64,000 bases of DNA, taken from the NCBI GenBank assembly GCA_964270895.1, contig OZ185437.1; one strand, 5' to 3'. The notes beneath the pieces are model-generated. The model had not been told where the DNA came from. It did not search any database and worked only from the letters and a program-made list of their open reading frames with translations. Origin of the DNA: Podarcis filfolensis (lineage: Eukaryota). The position numbers and the translations under genes are program-made. Every line of letters begins with the position of its first letter. Position 1 is the stretch's first letter. Shown piece by piece: positions 12,760 to 25,905 of this stretch.

Positions 12760-14554
12760 ATATGGTCATTTAATACAAGATTCTGGGTCATGAAAATGCA
12801 CTTACAAGTGTAGTGTCACAAATTCTGCACAATTATGTAAAGGACATTAAAACCTATGCACCAGACCCCTTTGTGCATGGTATTCCCCTACCAGCACAGC
12901 TTCAAATCCCACTTCAGTTTGGGATTTGAAGAAGTCTGACCCAACACCTTAATGCGTAACACATGGGACTTTATATTCAGTTGACAAACAGAAAAAAATG
13001 ACTTAGCATTTTGTGTTAATGGTGTTGCATGATGTAGTGCAGTCCAGAAACACCTATGCATTTTGTTTTCTCTGCATGTCTAGATTGGCTCCAGTTCAAG
13101 AAACTCTGAGTATCCTGTATACTCACAAGTTCCTTCCAGGCTCAAGATTATGGCATACCCGAAAAATTCTTTCTTTATACTTTTAGCTTTATTGCTCTTA
13201 TTTACATGTCTAATGAACATTATGCTCATATTAAATGACTCCAGCATAATTAGATTCCCTAGCACAGAAGGATAATTGTTAAGACTAAATACACGCTCAT
13301 ACCTTGACATTTAACCAAATAAATGTATCTCTTGCACTCCTGCTTTGCATGACTGAATGCTTTCCAAGATGCTTTTATTGTTTTCTTAACTACCATAATG
13401 CCACATCTAAATGATTCTTCTTTTATGTATGACTGTAGGGCCTTTCTGACAAGCCTCATCATTTTGTTGAACTACCCATTTCAAACATACGATCATCACT
13501 GTCAGATTCTCTTTTCCTATAGTTTATCTCCCCTTAGGAGGTTGAAGCTAATTGTATGGAAGACATTATTCCCTGATATTTCAGCTTGCTGCTACTTTGT
13601 CAATAAAGACCGATGCTTTATTTAAGCGTAAACTGGTCCTTCCCTCCCCATCTAAACATGGACATTGTGGAATGAAGGAGGCACATCTGAAAGGTTAATT
13701 ATATATACAGCAGCCAGCAAATACACATAACTTTTCTTGAAATTTCAACAAATTCATATCCTCTGAATTTCTGTTTTGTTAGCTTTTATACTGCTGTTTT
13801 TTAAAAATAAGTGATATAGAATATGTGTGTTTGTTTAGACTGTGCACGCCTAGAGACTTTTGAAATATCAAGCAGTGCAGTAAAAAATAAAATAAAAATG
13901 CTTTTATTACAGGAAGACTAAAAGCTTGCTTCTCAGAGCATTACCTGGTTACTTCAAATGCATATGTGGAAGTCAGCAACTATTCCTCCACTGCCCTCTT
14001 CATTTTGGATTGTGTTGCTCCATTGATTCACCAAGCCCTGAGTCCTAGGAAAAACCTGCCTCCCATAGCAGCTCAGCCAATCAGTTTTAGAGGCTTCACC
14101 AATCACATCATTGGTCTTCAGTAAGGGGAAAGGCTGTCAAGAAGAGGGGTTGCATCTCACAGTAGACAGCACACCACTAATGGAAGTTAATTCAAAAGTG
14201 ACACTGGCACACAAGAGTGATATTAATTTACTCATTACCCACAATGATTATTTATTCTCCAACATAAAGCCTGATCTGTGAAGGCTGATGGACCTTTAGG
14301 TTATCTGCGGTGGTGACATCTCCCAGCTATCTATCGCCGCTGAAGAGGCTCAGGTTTAATTAGTTGCATTTGTCTTAATTTATACAGTGCCACACCACAA
14401 ATACCCAAGGTAATTTATACAACAAGACAATCCACTGCCAAAAGGTATTCAGTATGAAAATACAGTAAAAATTTTGCAATAATATTGTTGATTTTATCCA
14501 TCTATCTTGTACTCTGCCTTGCTATATTTTTCTGAAAATGTGGATTAGAAATCC

Positions 14555-14556
14555 AA

Positions 14557-14591
<35 letters not shown>

Positions 14592-14592
14592 A
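14555..14592. repeat. (TAAA)n microsatellite
   Basis: Read directly. Confidence 0.95.
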
Positions 14593-14819
14593 TTTGGGGC
14601 CTTCCCCCAGAAGGCCCTATGTGGAAGGCAAATGTGAAAAAGGTGAAACCAGTCCTTCACACATGGTCATTGAAAATAGGAGAGTGGAAATATAATAAAG
14701 TTGTGAGGTTTTCTTATGACTATGAAATATTCATATTTCTTATGACTATGAAAGCTGAACAATTCTAACCAGATACCGAGATTTTCTGGAATCCAGGAGG
14801 AGCTTGAAATACACATCAC

Positions 14820-14925
14820 AGATTCTTGGGAAACTCCCATCATCCATAACCATTGGCCTTGCTGGCTGGGCTTGATGGGAGTTGGAGTCCAACAACAACT
14901 GAGGGACCACAAGTTCCCCACACTT
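14820..14925. mobile_element. Degraded MITE (gggagttgtagt family)
   Basis: actcccatcatcc...tgatgggagttggagtccaacaaca...agggaccaca core. Confidence 0.55.
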
Positions 14926-14974
14926 ACTTTAAACCTAACCCAGCAAAAGAGCAGCATAAAATCCAGCTTCATCA

Positions 14975-15940
14975 TGGCATGTTCATCCAAATGACTTGGA
15001 TGAAGGAATTGACAGGATGCTCATCGAATTTGCAAATGATGCAAACCTGGGAGAGATAGCCAATGCCACAGAAGACAGTATCAGGATTCAACATGATTTT
15101 AACAGATTGGAGAACTGGGCCCAAACTAGCAAAATGAATTTCAAAAGGGACAAATCTAAGGTTCTGCACTTAGGCAGGAAGAACCAGATGCACAAATACG
15201 AGGAGGAGGACACCTGGCTTGCCAGTAGTACAGGTGAGAAGGATCTAATGGTCTTAGTAGACGAGAAGCTTATCGTGAGTCAACAGTGTAATGCAGCAAC
15301 AAAAAAAAGCTAATGCTATTCTAGGCTGCATCAACAGAACTATAGTGTCCATATCAAGGGAAGTAATAGTCCCAGTCTATTCTTTCTTGGTCAGACCACA
15401 CTTGGAGCACTGTGTCCAGTTCTGAGAACTACAATTTAAGAAGGATATTGACAAGCTTGAAGGTGTGCAGAGGCGGGCAAGCAAGATGATTCAGGGTCTG
15501 GGAACTAATAATAATAATAATTTATTTGTATCCCACTCATCTGACTGGGCTGCCCCAGCCACCAAGCCTTATGAGGAACGGTTGAGGGAAATGCCTATGT
15601 TTGGCTTGGTAAAGAGGAGACTGAGAGGAGATATGATAGCCATCTTCAAATGTCTAAAGGGCTGCCACATGGAAGATGAAACAAGCTTCTTTTCTCCTGT
15701 TCCAGAGGGTAGGTCTTGAACCAATGGATTCAAGTTACAAGAAAAGAGATTCCTACTAAACATCAGGAACAACTTTCTGACCGTTAAGAGCTGTTCAACA
15801 GTGGAATGGACTCACTAGGAGGCTGTGGGTTCTCCTTCATTGGAGGTTTTAAAGTAGACCATCTGAGATTTCTGCATTGCAGAGGATTGCATTAGATGAC
15901 CCTCAGGGTCTCTTCCAACTCTACAATACTATGATTCTAA
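14975..15940 (+). mobile_element. CR1 LINE, 5'-truncated (ORF2 C-terminal part plus 3' UTR), frameshifted
   Basis: ORF 14996-15313 (FANDANLG...IQHDFNRLENWA...KSKVLHLGRKNQMHKY...EKDLMVLVD) and ORF 15465-15719 (VQRRASKMI...RRLRGDMIAIFK) are typical CR1 RT C-terminal sequence; tail cttccaactctac...tatgattcta. Confidence 0.95.
15506..15562 (-). mobile_element. 57-bp L2 3' end nested in CR1
   Basis: (taa)n tail plus ttatttgtatcccactcatctgactgggctgccccagccac interrupts the CR1 sequence ggaac|caagcc. Confidence 0.85.
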
Positions 15941-17594
15941 GTACACAAGAAAATTCTTATTTTTGATCTTTCAGATCATTTTCAAGGACAGCTTCCAAGG
16001 ATATTTGTTTTCTTCCAGATGTCCCTCCCTCCATTTTCTAGGTAAACTTTGATCACTTAGCAGTAAAATACAGAATGAAGCACCTCGGAAGAATAAATCC
16101 TCTCTCAGTGGGTAAGATCACTTACTTAAGGTTAAGCCCTAAAAGCATTATGTGTCTCTTACAAAGATATTCTTTGTAGGTGTGACAGATTACATCTCAT
16201 ATTGTTAGCAGAAAGCCTAAGAAAAGTATAGACATGTTTAAAATGTACTGCTGTATGGAACAGAATGTAGCTTCTAAGGAGACAAAGAATCCATGAATGC
16301 CTAGGGGGGATGTACGATACGCTGAAATATGACTATTTCAAATCTTATTAAGGTGGTTTTGTGGAGGTATAAATCATCATCAAAGAAGAAGAAGTAAAGT
16401 AGCACACATAAGAGAGAGAGGAGAAAACAGGGTTTGCATATGCTAATGTATGCAAATGTACAATGACTATTTTTTATTTCACCATAGTGGGGAAGAATGT
16501 GACCAGGTGAACTTTGTTTCTGCAAAGTTTGCTGTCCAACTACTAACTGCTGATGGGCAACTTCAAGGCCCTGCTCTCCCTTCTTGGGGTTTAGCTTGTC
16601 TGATGAAACAATCTCCCCTCTGCTCCCCTTGCATACTGCTGTGCAGGTTCTCCAGGACACACACACCCCAAGCCAATTCTGCAGGGTACATAGGGCATGC
16701 ACAGGCAGACAAGAGGGGGGAAGTTATGTTGCTCTATATGAGAAGCTCCTGCTAACACACCTTAGCTGAATCAACCCTTTTATCTTCAAACCAGACTTGG
16801 ACCAGGCAGGGCTCCTTCAAGCAGAAGACGGTGAAGTCAGACACATGGCCAAACTAGCTGTAGTTCAAGGAAGATCTGGTTATCTAACACTTCCATAGCT
16901 CCTAAGCTTTAACTGGACAGTTATATTGCTCAAATTCTCTGTCCACTTATACAATATATCCCTGGTTCTCTGAGAGGGCCTTTGGGAAATGTCCTTTTTC
17001 AAAGTGCTACTGGCATTGCTCTGTCAAAAGAAGGGCTGATTCCATAGGACAGAACCACACAATCAATTGCACTTGTATAGTTGCATCACTCTGCTATGTG
17101 CCATTGACTCATGGAAGAGCAGCTCCATCTAGCCAGAAATATATCAAAAGGATACCTGAGAGATCTGAAGGAAAATTATTTATAATCAAGCCCATCTATC
17201 AGTTGCATAACCTGACTTCTTAAGTTCTCATTCATGGGCAGAGTCATTCCCTAAAAACACTCAGTCATTTGGCCTCTTCATAAGATGATACTAAAATATT
17301 CATTTGGACCATAAATTATAAAGCAACAAGAACAATGACAAGGAAACAGATTGAAGGCTTTTATTCTAATGCACGATGGCACACACAGGTTATGGGATAG
17401 TACAGTACAAGATGTTTCTGCCCTGTTCTTATTAGCACTTCACTGTTTCTAAGTGACCAACGCAAAACATTAGCCATAAATTTATTACAGATGTTAATAC
17501 AGTCAAGTCTTTCTTGTGGATTGTCCAAAGTTAAACCGCAGCACTAAAATGGCAAATCGGTACATGCCATTATTTCCCCTCACACAGCTAAATT

Positions 17595-17760
17595 CCCAGA
17601 ATTCTGTGGGGAGGGAGGATTGTTAAACCACTCTGGGAATTGTAGCTCTGGGAAGTGCACTCTTAAACTACAGTTCCCAGGATTCTTTGGGGGAAGACAT
17701 GACTGCTCAGAGTGGTTTAAGAGTGCTTTAAATGTTCGGTACAGGTGTGGCCAAAGCTTC
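17595..17760. mobile_element. Lizard MITE-like element
   Basis: Internal quasi-palindromes aaaccactctgggaattgtagctct / aactacagttcccagga / cagagtggtttaa. Confidence 0.55.
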
Positions 17761-18823
17761 AATGGATACAAAAGGTTCACCGTTTCAGATTGTAGGGTTA
17801 TGGACCCATGGTACAGGCCTACTGAATAGTGAAATGAGCTTTAGAGTACTTAATAAGTGCTTAAATAATAACTATACAGCTATAAATTGTTATTCAATGA
17901 TTTCCAATTAAGAGCTTCTCATCTCCTTGCAAAGTGTGGGGGAAAATTAGTTGGGACAAGGCTCTAACTGAACTCTGTGAAGAACTCTGTAGAAATTAGA
18001 TAATAGTGTTCAGCACCCTAGGGGGAGCTTGTATTTAACAACCAAAAAAAATCATTGGAACTTCAAGTCATTACACCATTTTGTTATGCTTTAGTGACAA
18101 CAACCATGAAACCTTTTGTTTAAATCTCTTTTATGTAGCGCAACTTTGGCTAAAGTTAACTTAGGCTCTAGTGCTGTTTTTTCTCCATCTACGTTTCAAA
18201 CAAAGCAGCAGCTCATTGGCATCATCGCTTCCTGGCCCAATTATAAATCCACAGAAATGCACAATACATCAGGTTTCTTATCCGTCCTCATTTTATTGGT
18301 GTACAGTAAGTGTATTGCCAGGAGGAAAAGCCATAAACACTTCTGTACTCCCCAATCATTTGACCATATTTAAGAGCTAAATTATTTCTACAGCTTTGGG
18401 AGTTTGGAAGCCCTGTTGGGCAACCAACAGAATCAGCTGAGTTAATTGTAAAATGGAAATTGGAGAGTCAGTGATAAGAAAAATGAACAGTATGCCAGAA
18501 TGTGCATTTGCTACACTAACTGCTGATGAATAAGCAACAAGATATATGTAAAAACCAGGGCTGAGCATGCCTGCCTCCAGACTAATTTGGGATCCAACCC
18601 AGTGACTCGGAGCAGCCCTGATCTGACTTGGGATGATCTGAGACAGACCTGACCAAGATCAGGGTCCCAAACTGAATCAGGAGCCTTGCACAGTTTTTAC
18701 TGAGGGTTTAACACCCTCATTAATAAATATGGTCAGCAAGGCTGCTGGGCTGGCATGTGTCTCCTTCTCACCCACATCATCACCCAACTGCCCTCCTTGT
18801 GAAAGCATTGGGTTGCTCTGGGA

Positions 18824-18959
18824 TAGGCATAGGCAAACTCGGCCCTCCCGATGTTTCGGGACTACAACTCCCATCATCCCTAGCTAACAGGACCAGTGGT
18901 CAGGGATGATGGGAGTTGTAGTCCCGAAACATCGGGAGGGCCGAGTTTGCCTATGCCTG
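18824..18959. mobile_element. hAT-type MITE, young, near-perfect hairpin
   Basis: About 57-bp perfect inverted arms aggcataggcaaactcggccctcccgatgtttcgggactacaactcccatcatccct; perfect 8-bp TSD ctctggga (18816-18823, 18960-18967); CpGs intact. Confidence 0.96.
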
Positions 18960-19064
18960 CTCTGGGAGGTCTTGATCTTACCCAGTGCTGCCTCAACCTG
19001 CTCCAGCCAAATCCTGGGTTGACCTGAATTGGCCCGATTAGTATAATTAGTATAAACCCCAAAG

Positions 19065-19140
19065 CCTACGGTTTAGCAGGATCTTTATTGGGACCAACTA
19101 AAAAAATCACAAAAGTCTGGCAAGCTTTTGAGTTCTCCAG
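19065..19140. mobile_element. Possible Penelope-like element tail
   Basis: ggatctttattgggaccaactaaaaaaatcacaaaag...caagcttttgagttctccag resembles reptile Penelope-type tails as I recall them; not verified. Confidence 0.35.
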
Positions 19141-20709
19141 CAGCTCCAGATGACCTGTTTATTGAACATTCATTTCTGATTTGCATACATAACCCAGAAG
19201 TTACACGATGTCCAGTCTTTATTGAGCATTTGTTCCAATTCATTTGCGGGAAGGTTATATGACAATGAACATTCATCCTGAGCATTCACCTGGGTTATAT
19301 ATCTGCCCATTAATCAGTCATTTACCCCACACTTTTAAGTGCATATCCAAAATGTCTTTTTTTTTAAAGGATTTGTTGCACTGGAATGAATGTGTGCCTT
19401 TATGCTCTTTAATTGCAGAAATCTAAATTTCTAGTATGTAGCTGAATTTCTCCTGCAAAATAGTGACTGTCTGGAGGTGGCCCAGAGTTTTTCATCAGGG
19501 CCAAATTACACAAAGCTGGGGGTTGTGGGGAATGAAAGAAATATGAATCTCAAAGTACAAATTGAGGCTGATGTTGTCATCATAAGGTCAGCTTGTTGAC
19601 TCCATTCCAAGGTGGAGATTGCAAACTGCATAAGTTTCTCCCAGGTTACAGGTGTCAGGTTATACATCTAGGATTCTGGGATGAAGAAGCAGTGGCTGTT
19701 CCCTATTTCTTCTAGGAACATGCCTCCCAAATCCTGCTGTGTACACATCCTTTAGCTGTCTTTAGCATCTTTTGTTATAATTCATTGGAGAAAAAAATAT
19801 CTAATGATCACTGTCTCGCAATCAACCCCTTCTGTTTCCAGTATGGCTCCCATACTAGGTACGGTAAGCATCTTGAGCTGACAAACCCTACACTCGTTGA
19901 AGTTCAGCCTTCCATGTAGGTATTGTAGTTTTTCCCCCATGAGAAATGACAACCCTAGGACCAATCTGAATTTTGCACACAGGTATGTAAGGAAAAAAGG
20001 AAAAGAACTTTTAAAAAATACAATGGAGTGTTTAATAAGCCTAATATGAGTTTATGAGTTCCAAAAGTGATTTGGATAAATGGGAATGCACAGTTAAGGA
20101 CATTCAAAGGAGAGTAAATGAAAGAGGAAGAAAAAGGAGACAGAAAGCCAAGGGAGAAAAATGAGAGGCTATGCAACTGCATTTGTGAGGGCCCCACATG
20201 TCACTTCTTTCGTGTGCTATCTGGGAGGAATTACAGAATTGTAAATTTTTGGTTTCTCTGCTAATTATGTCATTAGCTTTGAAAGGACTGAAAAAGCGCC
20301 TCCCCCTTCTGATCTGACAGTTGCAGAGGAGAGAAATGCTAACCCTGCTACTCCCACGCGCAAAACAAAAAAGAAATTTCCTAATGGAATCTTGACTGTT
20401 CTGAGAGGTGTTTAAAGGTAAATGGCACACTATCACTCAAATGGCAGCACAGCACACTATTCTTTCTTTTCTTGCAACAATGGATCTGTGCAGCTGCTGC
20501 GCAATTATCTTGCAATGGACATGTTCATGTATCCAACTTTTGTGAATTATTAAACTGGCATTATGATGTTCACTAGGGCATTGTATACTCTGTGAACAGG
20601 CCCAGACTCTCGACCCCAACTCAAATTCTGTTTACTCCACTTTGGGCAGAAAAGGTTCTGCACCATTAAATTCATGTCATTGAAAACAGCTCAGGACACC
20701 CAAATAATA

Positions 20710-21050
20710 GAGCTGATGACACAAAGCTCTTCTTCTTTACATCTGCAGGTGAGGCAGGGGATGTCCTGGACTGCTGCCTTACCTTGGTGATGGACTGGAT
20801 GAGAGCCAACAAACTGAAACTCAATTCAGATAAGACTGAGGCACTGTTAGGGGACAGGTCCCTAGATTGGCTACATGGGAGGTAACCTGCTCTTGATGGG
20901 CTTACACTCACTCTGAAGGAGCGGGTATGCAGCTTGGAGACACTTTGGGATCCTTTGCTGCTGGTTGAGGCTCCAGTGGCCTCCATGGTGCCTTCCATCA
21001 GCTTTGGCTGGTGCCCAGCTGTGCCCTTATCTGGACAGGGATAGCCTAAC
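20710..21050 (+). mobile_element. Older L2 LINE, RT region (left part)
   Basis: Translates ADDTKLFF...VLDCCLTLVMDWMRANKLKLNSDKTEALL (YADD box and KLNxxKTE motif)...PYLDRDSL. Confidence 0.9.
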
Positions 21051-21509
21051 AACAACAACAATAACAATTTCTTATTTATACCCTGCCCATCTGGCTGGGT
21101 TTCTCCAGCCACTCTGGGCAGCTTTCAACAGGATATTAAAAACACAATAAAACATTAAAAACTTCCCTAAGTAGGGCTGCCTTCAGATGTCTTCTAAAAG
21201 TCAGGTAGTTGTTTATTTCCTTGACATCTGATGGGAGGGCATTCCACAGGACTGGCCCCACTACCCAGAAGGCCCTCTGCCTGGTTCCCTGTAACCTCAC
21301 TTCTTGCAGTGAGGGAACTGCTAGAAGACCCTTGGAGATGGACCTCAGGCTGAACAATGGGGGTGGAGATGCTCCTTCAGGTATACTGGGCCGAGGCCGT
21401 TTAGGGCTTTAAAGGTCAGCACCAACACTTTGAATTGTGCTCAGAAACGTACTGGGAGCCAATGTAGGTCTTTCAAGGCCTGTGTTATATGGTCTCGGCT
21501 GCCACTTCC
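21051..21509 (-). mobile_element. Younger L2 3' fragment nested in older L2
   Basis: (aac)n tail at left; minus ORF 21136-21357 RAFWVVGPVLWNALPSDVKEINNYLTFRRHLKAALLREVF. The host reading DSL|TTAVHALVTSRLDYCN rejoins across it; aac on both sides. Confidence 0.92.
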
Positions 21510-21692
21510 AACTACTGCTGTCCATGCTCTGGTAACCTCCAGATTAGATTACTGCAACACGTTATGTGGGTGGGGGTTATTGGTTTGTTCTTGTTTTTAT
21601 TATGTATTTTGTCTTTTTTTATCTTGTATTTTTATGTTGTGAACCACTCTGAGATCTACAGATGCAGGGCTGTATACTAAATAAATAAATAT
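21510..21692 (+). mobile_element. Older L2 LINE (right part, internally deleted, 3' tail)
   Basis: TTAVHALVTSRLDYCNTL, then tail ttgtgaaccactctgagatc...tatactaaataaataaat. Confidence 0.85.
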
Positions 21693-22174
21693 AAAGTCAG
21701 AATGAATGGCGCAGAACAAACTGAAGCCTCACCTCTCCACGTGCCCGATTTAGATTCCCTTTGCCGCAGAAGTTTCACTGGGCAGTGCCCACATACATTC
21801 ATAGCTGGTAGCGATACATATTCTGCAGTAGTACAATGAAATCACAAAGGGTGCAAAAATATACAGCCTCAATTATAGCAGAACTGATTGTTTTGCAGGA
21901 CTTACGGTGTACTATGATTAGAGGCTACAGTGAGCCCTGTGAAAGTTAAATGAATAGGAAATCAACTCCAAGTAGAAGCAAAACTCACCAGAGCATGAAC
22001 AGCTGCAGAAGACTGGTTGGGAACAGGTACACCAAACAAAGCAGATGAACTGGGTGTGTTATGACAGCAGCATAGCCCTGGATTCTGTGAACGTAAAGGG
22101 ATTTGCTTTCTAGCTGCATTGCAAACATTGTAAATTAGGGATTTGAGAGCCATCTTATTTATTTCTTTATTGCA

Positions 22175-22370
22175 TTCATATCCCTTATTTATCCAGGGGG
22201 CTCAATGTGGCATGCATGGTTCTCCCCCTCCCCATTTCATGCCCACAACAAACCTGTGGGGTAGTTTAGGCCAAGAGGCAGTAACTTGCCAAGGTTGCTC
22301 AGTGGTGAGTTGAACCCTGGTCTTTCAGGTCCTAGTCCAACACTCTAAATGCTACAACACACCGGCTCTC
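22175..22370 (-). mobile_element. MIR/CORE-like SINE
   Basis: cccacaacaaacctgtggggtagtttaggcc...aaccctggtctttcaggtcctagtccaacactcta is the reverse complement of the family at 1250. Confidence 0.75.
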
Positions 22371-23299
22371 TCACATTACATAGGTGATGTAGGTCGCTTG
22401 CATTTTGCAACATACACCACTGAAACAGCAACACACAGGAAATCCAATTTGGTTAGTGTACTATATCACATGCAATAAAAGAAATGGATGTGATCATAAT
22501 CCATTCATCTACAATCCCCTTTATATGTTCCAAGGCTTACTGTAAAATAAAATAAAAATTAATATGGTGAAGAATAAAAGTTATTTACATTTATATTTTA
22601 AAAAAAGAAATCAGTATCCTTCCATGTGATGCCTATTCAGCAACACAAGGACTTCTACATAGATTCAACAATCACCCAGCCTATTTCTCCAAGTAACACC
22701 AAGGCTCCACCTTCCAAACTGAGTGTGTCAGTTTCTCCTCACTTTTCCAGACATTCAGGAGCTACAAAGGTCTCAGAGCCAATCACTTAATCACCCTCTC
22801 CAGCTGTGTTAATCAGCTGCCTCCATTCATGGATATTTACCTCTTGCCAGGCAGGGCAGCACTTTCCATTTAGAAGGGCAGCATCCTGCAAACACTGAAG
22901 CCCATCTGCAGGGAATAATAACAATAATAAAGTCCCATTTGGAGTTCAGTAGCACCAATCAGAGACTGGAGGAGTTCCATTCTGCTAAATGGAGCATTTA
23001 ATGCCCAAGAGCCTCAATTTTGCAGACAAGCTAAGATGGAGAAACAGGGGTGAAAAACAACAACTTGGATATTCCAGCTATGAAATGGATGCAATAACAT
23101 TTCTGTGTCCTCCCTTTAAAAAACTATGGTTTTTTGTTGAATGCGCTGTTCTCACAGTGATGATATTGGCTGCAACAACATTCCTGCTTAAAATGAACTT
23201 TGATTCTTATTTCAGCTAAAAAGTTATTAGTTCCATACAAGATCATTCAACAGTAGTCCATTAATCTGCCACACTACAATTTGCACTGGGATTAGGTCA

Positions 23300-23640
23300 G
23301 GATTGGATGAAGGTGTCTTTCCGCCCAGCCACGCTCACTCTTCCGTACATGGACCTCCTTGTTCTGCCTGCTGAACATGAAGGTTTGGTGGAGGAAACCC
23401 TGATGCAGTAGCCTGTTCAAAGCTGCAAAGTGGGGCATTCTGGTGTGGGAAGAGGCTGAGTCAGTCTGGCATTTACTGGATCCTGAGTTGGCCTCATTGC
23501 TGTTGCATGATGGGGTTGTGTCCAGTTGGTACACCAGCTCCAGGCTGCAGCAGCGATTTGGCTGTCCTTGATCTTCTGTCCAGTGTGGTCCCATGGCTCT
23601 CTGAAACTCTGCCACTGCCCAGTCAGGGTTTGGATTATAC
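23300..23640 (-). mobile_element. Possible ancient L2/CR1 ORF2 remnant
   Basis: Minus ORF segments AEFQRAMG and RKSERGWAERH loosely resemble the L2 endonuclease-RT linker (FQRALG...RRLERRWRK). Confidence 0.25.
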
Positions 23641-23651
23641 TTTTGGCCTGC

Positions 23652-23662
23652 TGTGTGTGTAT

Positions 23663-23698
<36 letters not shown>

Positions 23699-23716
23699 AC
23701 GAGAGAGAGCGCGCAC
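23652..23716. repeat. Compound (GT)n(GA)n(GC/AC)n microsatellite
   Basis: Read directly. Confidence 0.9.
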
Positions 23717-24161
23717 TTTATAGAACCATCAAGTACATGTAAATCAGTCGTTCCCAAACTTTTTATGGGGCCACTGCCACTTTAGTTCCATAAATTCATT
23801 CCTAGTGCCCCCTAGGGTCACAACAACAAAATTCTTCAAAATAAAATCAAACAGGATGCTAAAATGGCTGTGCTCTTCAAATGACTATCCAAGCTTCCCT
23901 GTCCTTTCTCAATACAGGCACCATTCCTCTAAATAATCACACCAAAAAGATCTGGAGAGAAGGGAGTTTTTTTTAACTGGATGAGTCTGAACTTGCTCCA
24001 AAGTTCAGGCTGCATGCTTGAAACTATAATCTGTATTTTTGCACCCAAGAGTATTTTACCTGTGTTCTCCTTGCTGGTGCATGGAATAACACATGAACCC
24101 GACCTTTGGCTTTAGTAAGTAAAGCTTTTAAACTTACTTAATAATGTGTGAGAGTCGTGTG

Positions 24162-24308
24162 CAGTGTTATTTTTCTTAAAAAATGTTTAGGGGTACTCTC
24201 ATTTTCCTACTCACATTGAAATGCTGCCCCTCAATGAGGCCAAACTTAGATTCACAAAATGTTTAGGGGTATGCGTCCCCCTGCATCCCACCAGAAAAAA
24301 ACCCACTG
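24162..24308 (-). mobile_element. hAT non-autonomous element, short derivative
   Basis: cagtg...cactg ends; TSD gtcgtgtg / gtcgtatg (7/8). Both ends match the element at 51096-51516 in opposite orientation; strand is given relative to that copy. Confidence 0.9.
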
Positions 24309-25876
24309 GTCGTATGAGAATCTGAAGTGCAGAGCAATGTGTGCATTTCAAAATGCTTTACTGCCATTTGACCTTGCATCTTGAATATTCAGAAGTAGTC
24401 TTTTGAGGACATTGTATGGTGTGGTGATGGCTTTGGTGAAAGATGACTGCTCCAGTAAGTACATGGAAGGCAAGCATCCTTTTCTCCATATAATTCCTCA
24501 GGAAGGGACTGGACAGGAGGACATACTGTCACATTCTGAGAGAACTTCAAAACTGATTTTTTTGATATCGTAGCCACAGAGAAGGCATCAGCTGCTTTTT
24601 AAGCACATGTAAAATGTTAAAGAAAGAGGCAGTCTTCAGACCACTGCATAAGTACAATATGGATTCATTCACCAATTGGTTCATTGATTAATTTGCAGAA
24701 CTGCATTCTGTACATGGATGAAAAATTGGGAGGTTTGTTCCAAAATAAAAAAAAGCAGGCCAGAGTCCTCCCCATACTCAGTTTGATTCTAGTTTAGGCA
24801 ATTGGTTTTTTGCCATCTGTATATTCTTGGGGTTTCTAATAATCCACCACTAGCAAACTACATGGTTTTGCATCTTCCATGTCAGAAAAATCAATTGTTA
24901 TTATCATTTAATCGATTTCCAAATTGCATATCAAGAATAAAATTATTCCCAAGAATTCAAGCCTACAGTAAGTAAGCTGAGAGAGGTTCTTATAACTATA
25001 TTCGGAATTGAACGCTGTATTCTGTAAGGCATGAAAGATGGAATGGTAACAATGAATGGTGAAAATGCACAGTGACAAATCATTAAACTAATCCCATAAG
25101 AATCCTGGCTGTCACTTTGTACATTTTCTAAATACTTAGAAGACACTGACAGAAGTTTATTAATGGTTTGTCACACTGCTTACATTTCTCAAATGCAAAC
25201 GCTGCCCTTTCTGGGATTTTGCATGCACCAGATTATCATTTTCATAGCTACATTTTGGAGTAATTGAAATATTACCAGGACAGGCAGAGACTGAGAATAG
25301 CTAACAAACTAAAAACCTGTGATTCCTCCCTGAATTTTGTGGCAAAAATAAATGGCAATGTGATGCTCATATAATTTATTATGGCTACAATCCTAACCAT
25401 GTCTACTTAGATGTAAGTTAGGTTGAATACTATAACATTGTAAAAAAAAAATTGTGTCCTGTACAGAAAGTCAAAATCAACCAGCTCAACCAGTTCATAA
25501 GCTGCAATCCTATCCACATTTTCTATGGAGTCAATTCCATTGAATCCAGTGGAATTTCCAAGAAAACTTGATTAGGATTAGGCTGCAACAGCTATGTATC
25601 ATCCCTTGCAGAAAATTGCTTCCTATTCCACTCAGTATCATCACAGCCAAAAGACAATTCCAGCATCTTCCTCCACTAAGGAATAGTGGAAGTACAACTG
25701 AGGCACTGAGGCAGGGGAGCTGCAAAAGCTGCATTTTGGATGTGTTTACCATTTTAGTTTTTCTCAAAACCCCTACGACAAACAATAGCATATTAGCTGT
25801 GTTCAGATGCTGAACCATAGCTTACCATGACAAGAATGTGAGCCCAAGTCTGGCTTGCTCTCTCACCTGCCTTCAC

Positions 25877-25905
25877 CCTCCTCCTCCTCCTCCTCCTCCT
25901 CCTCC
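25877..25905. repeat. (CCT)n microsatellite
   Basis: Read directly. Confidence 0.95.
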
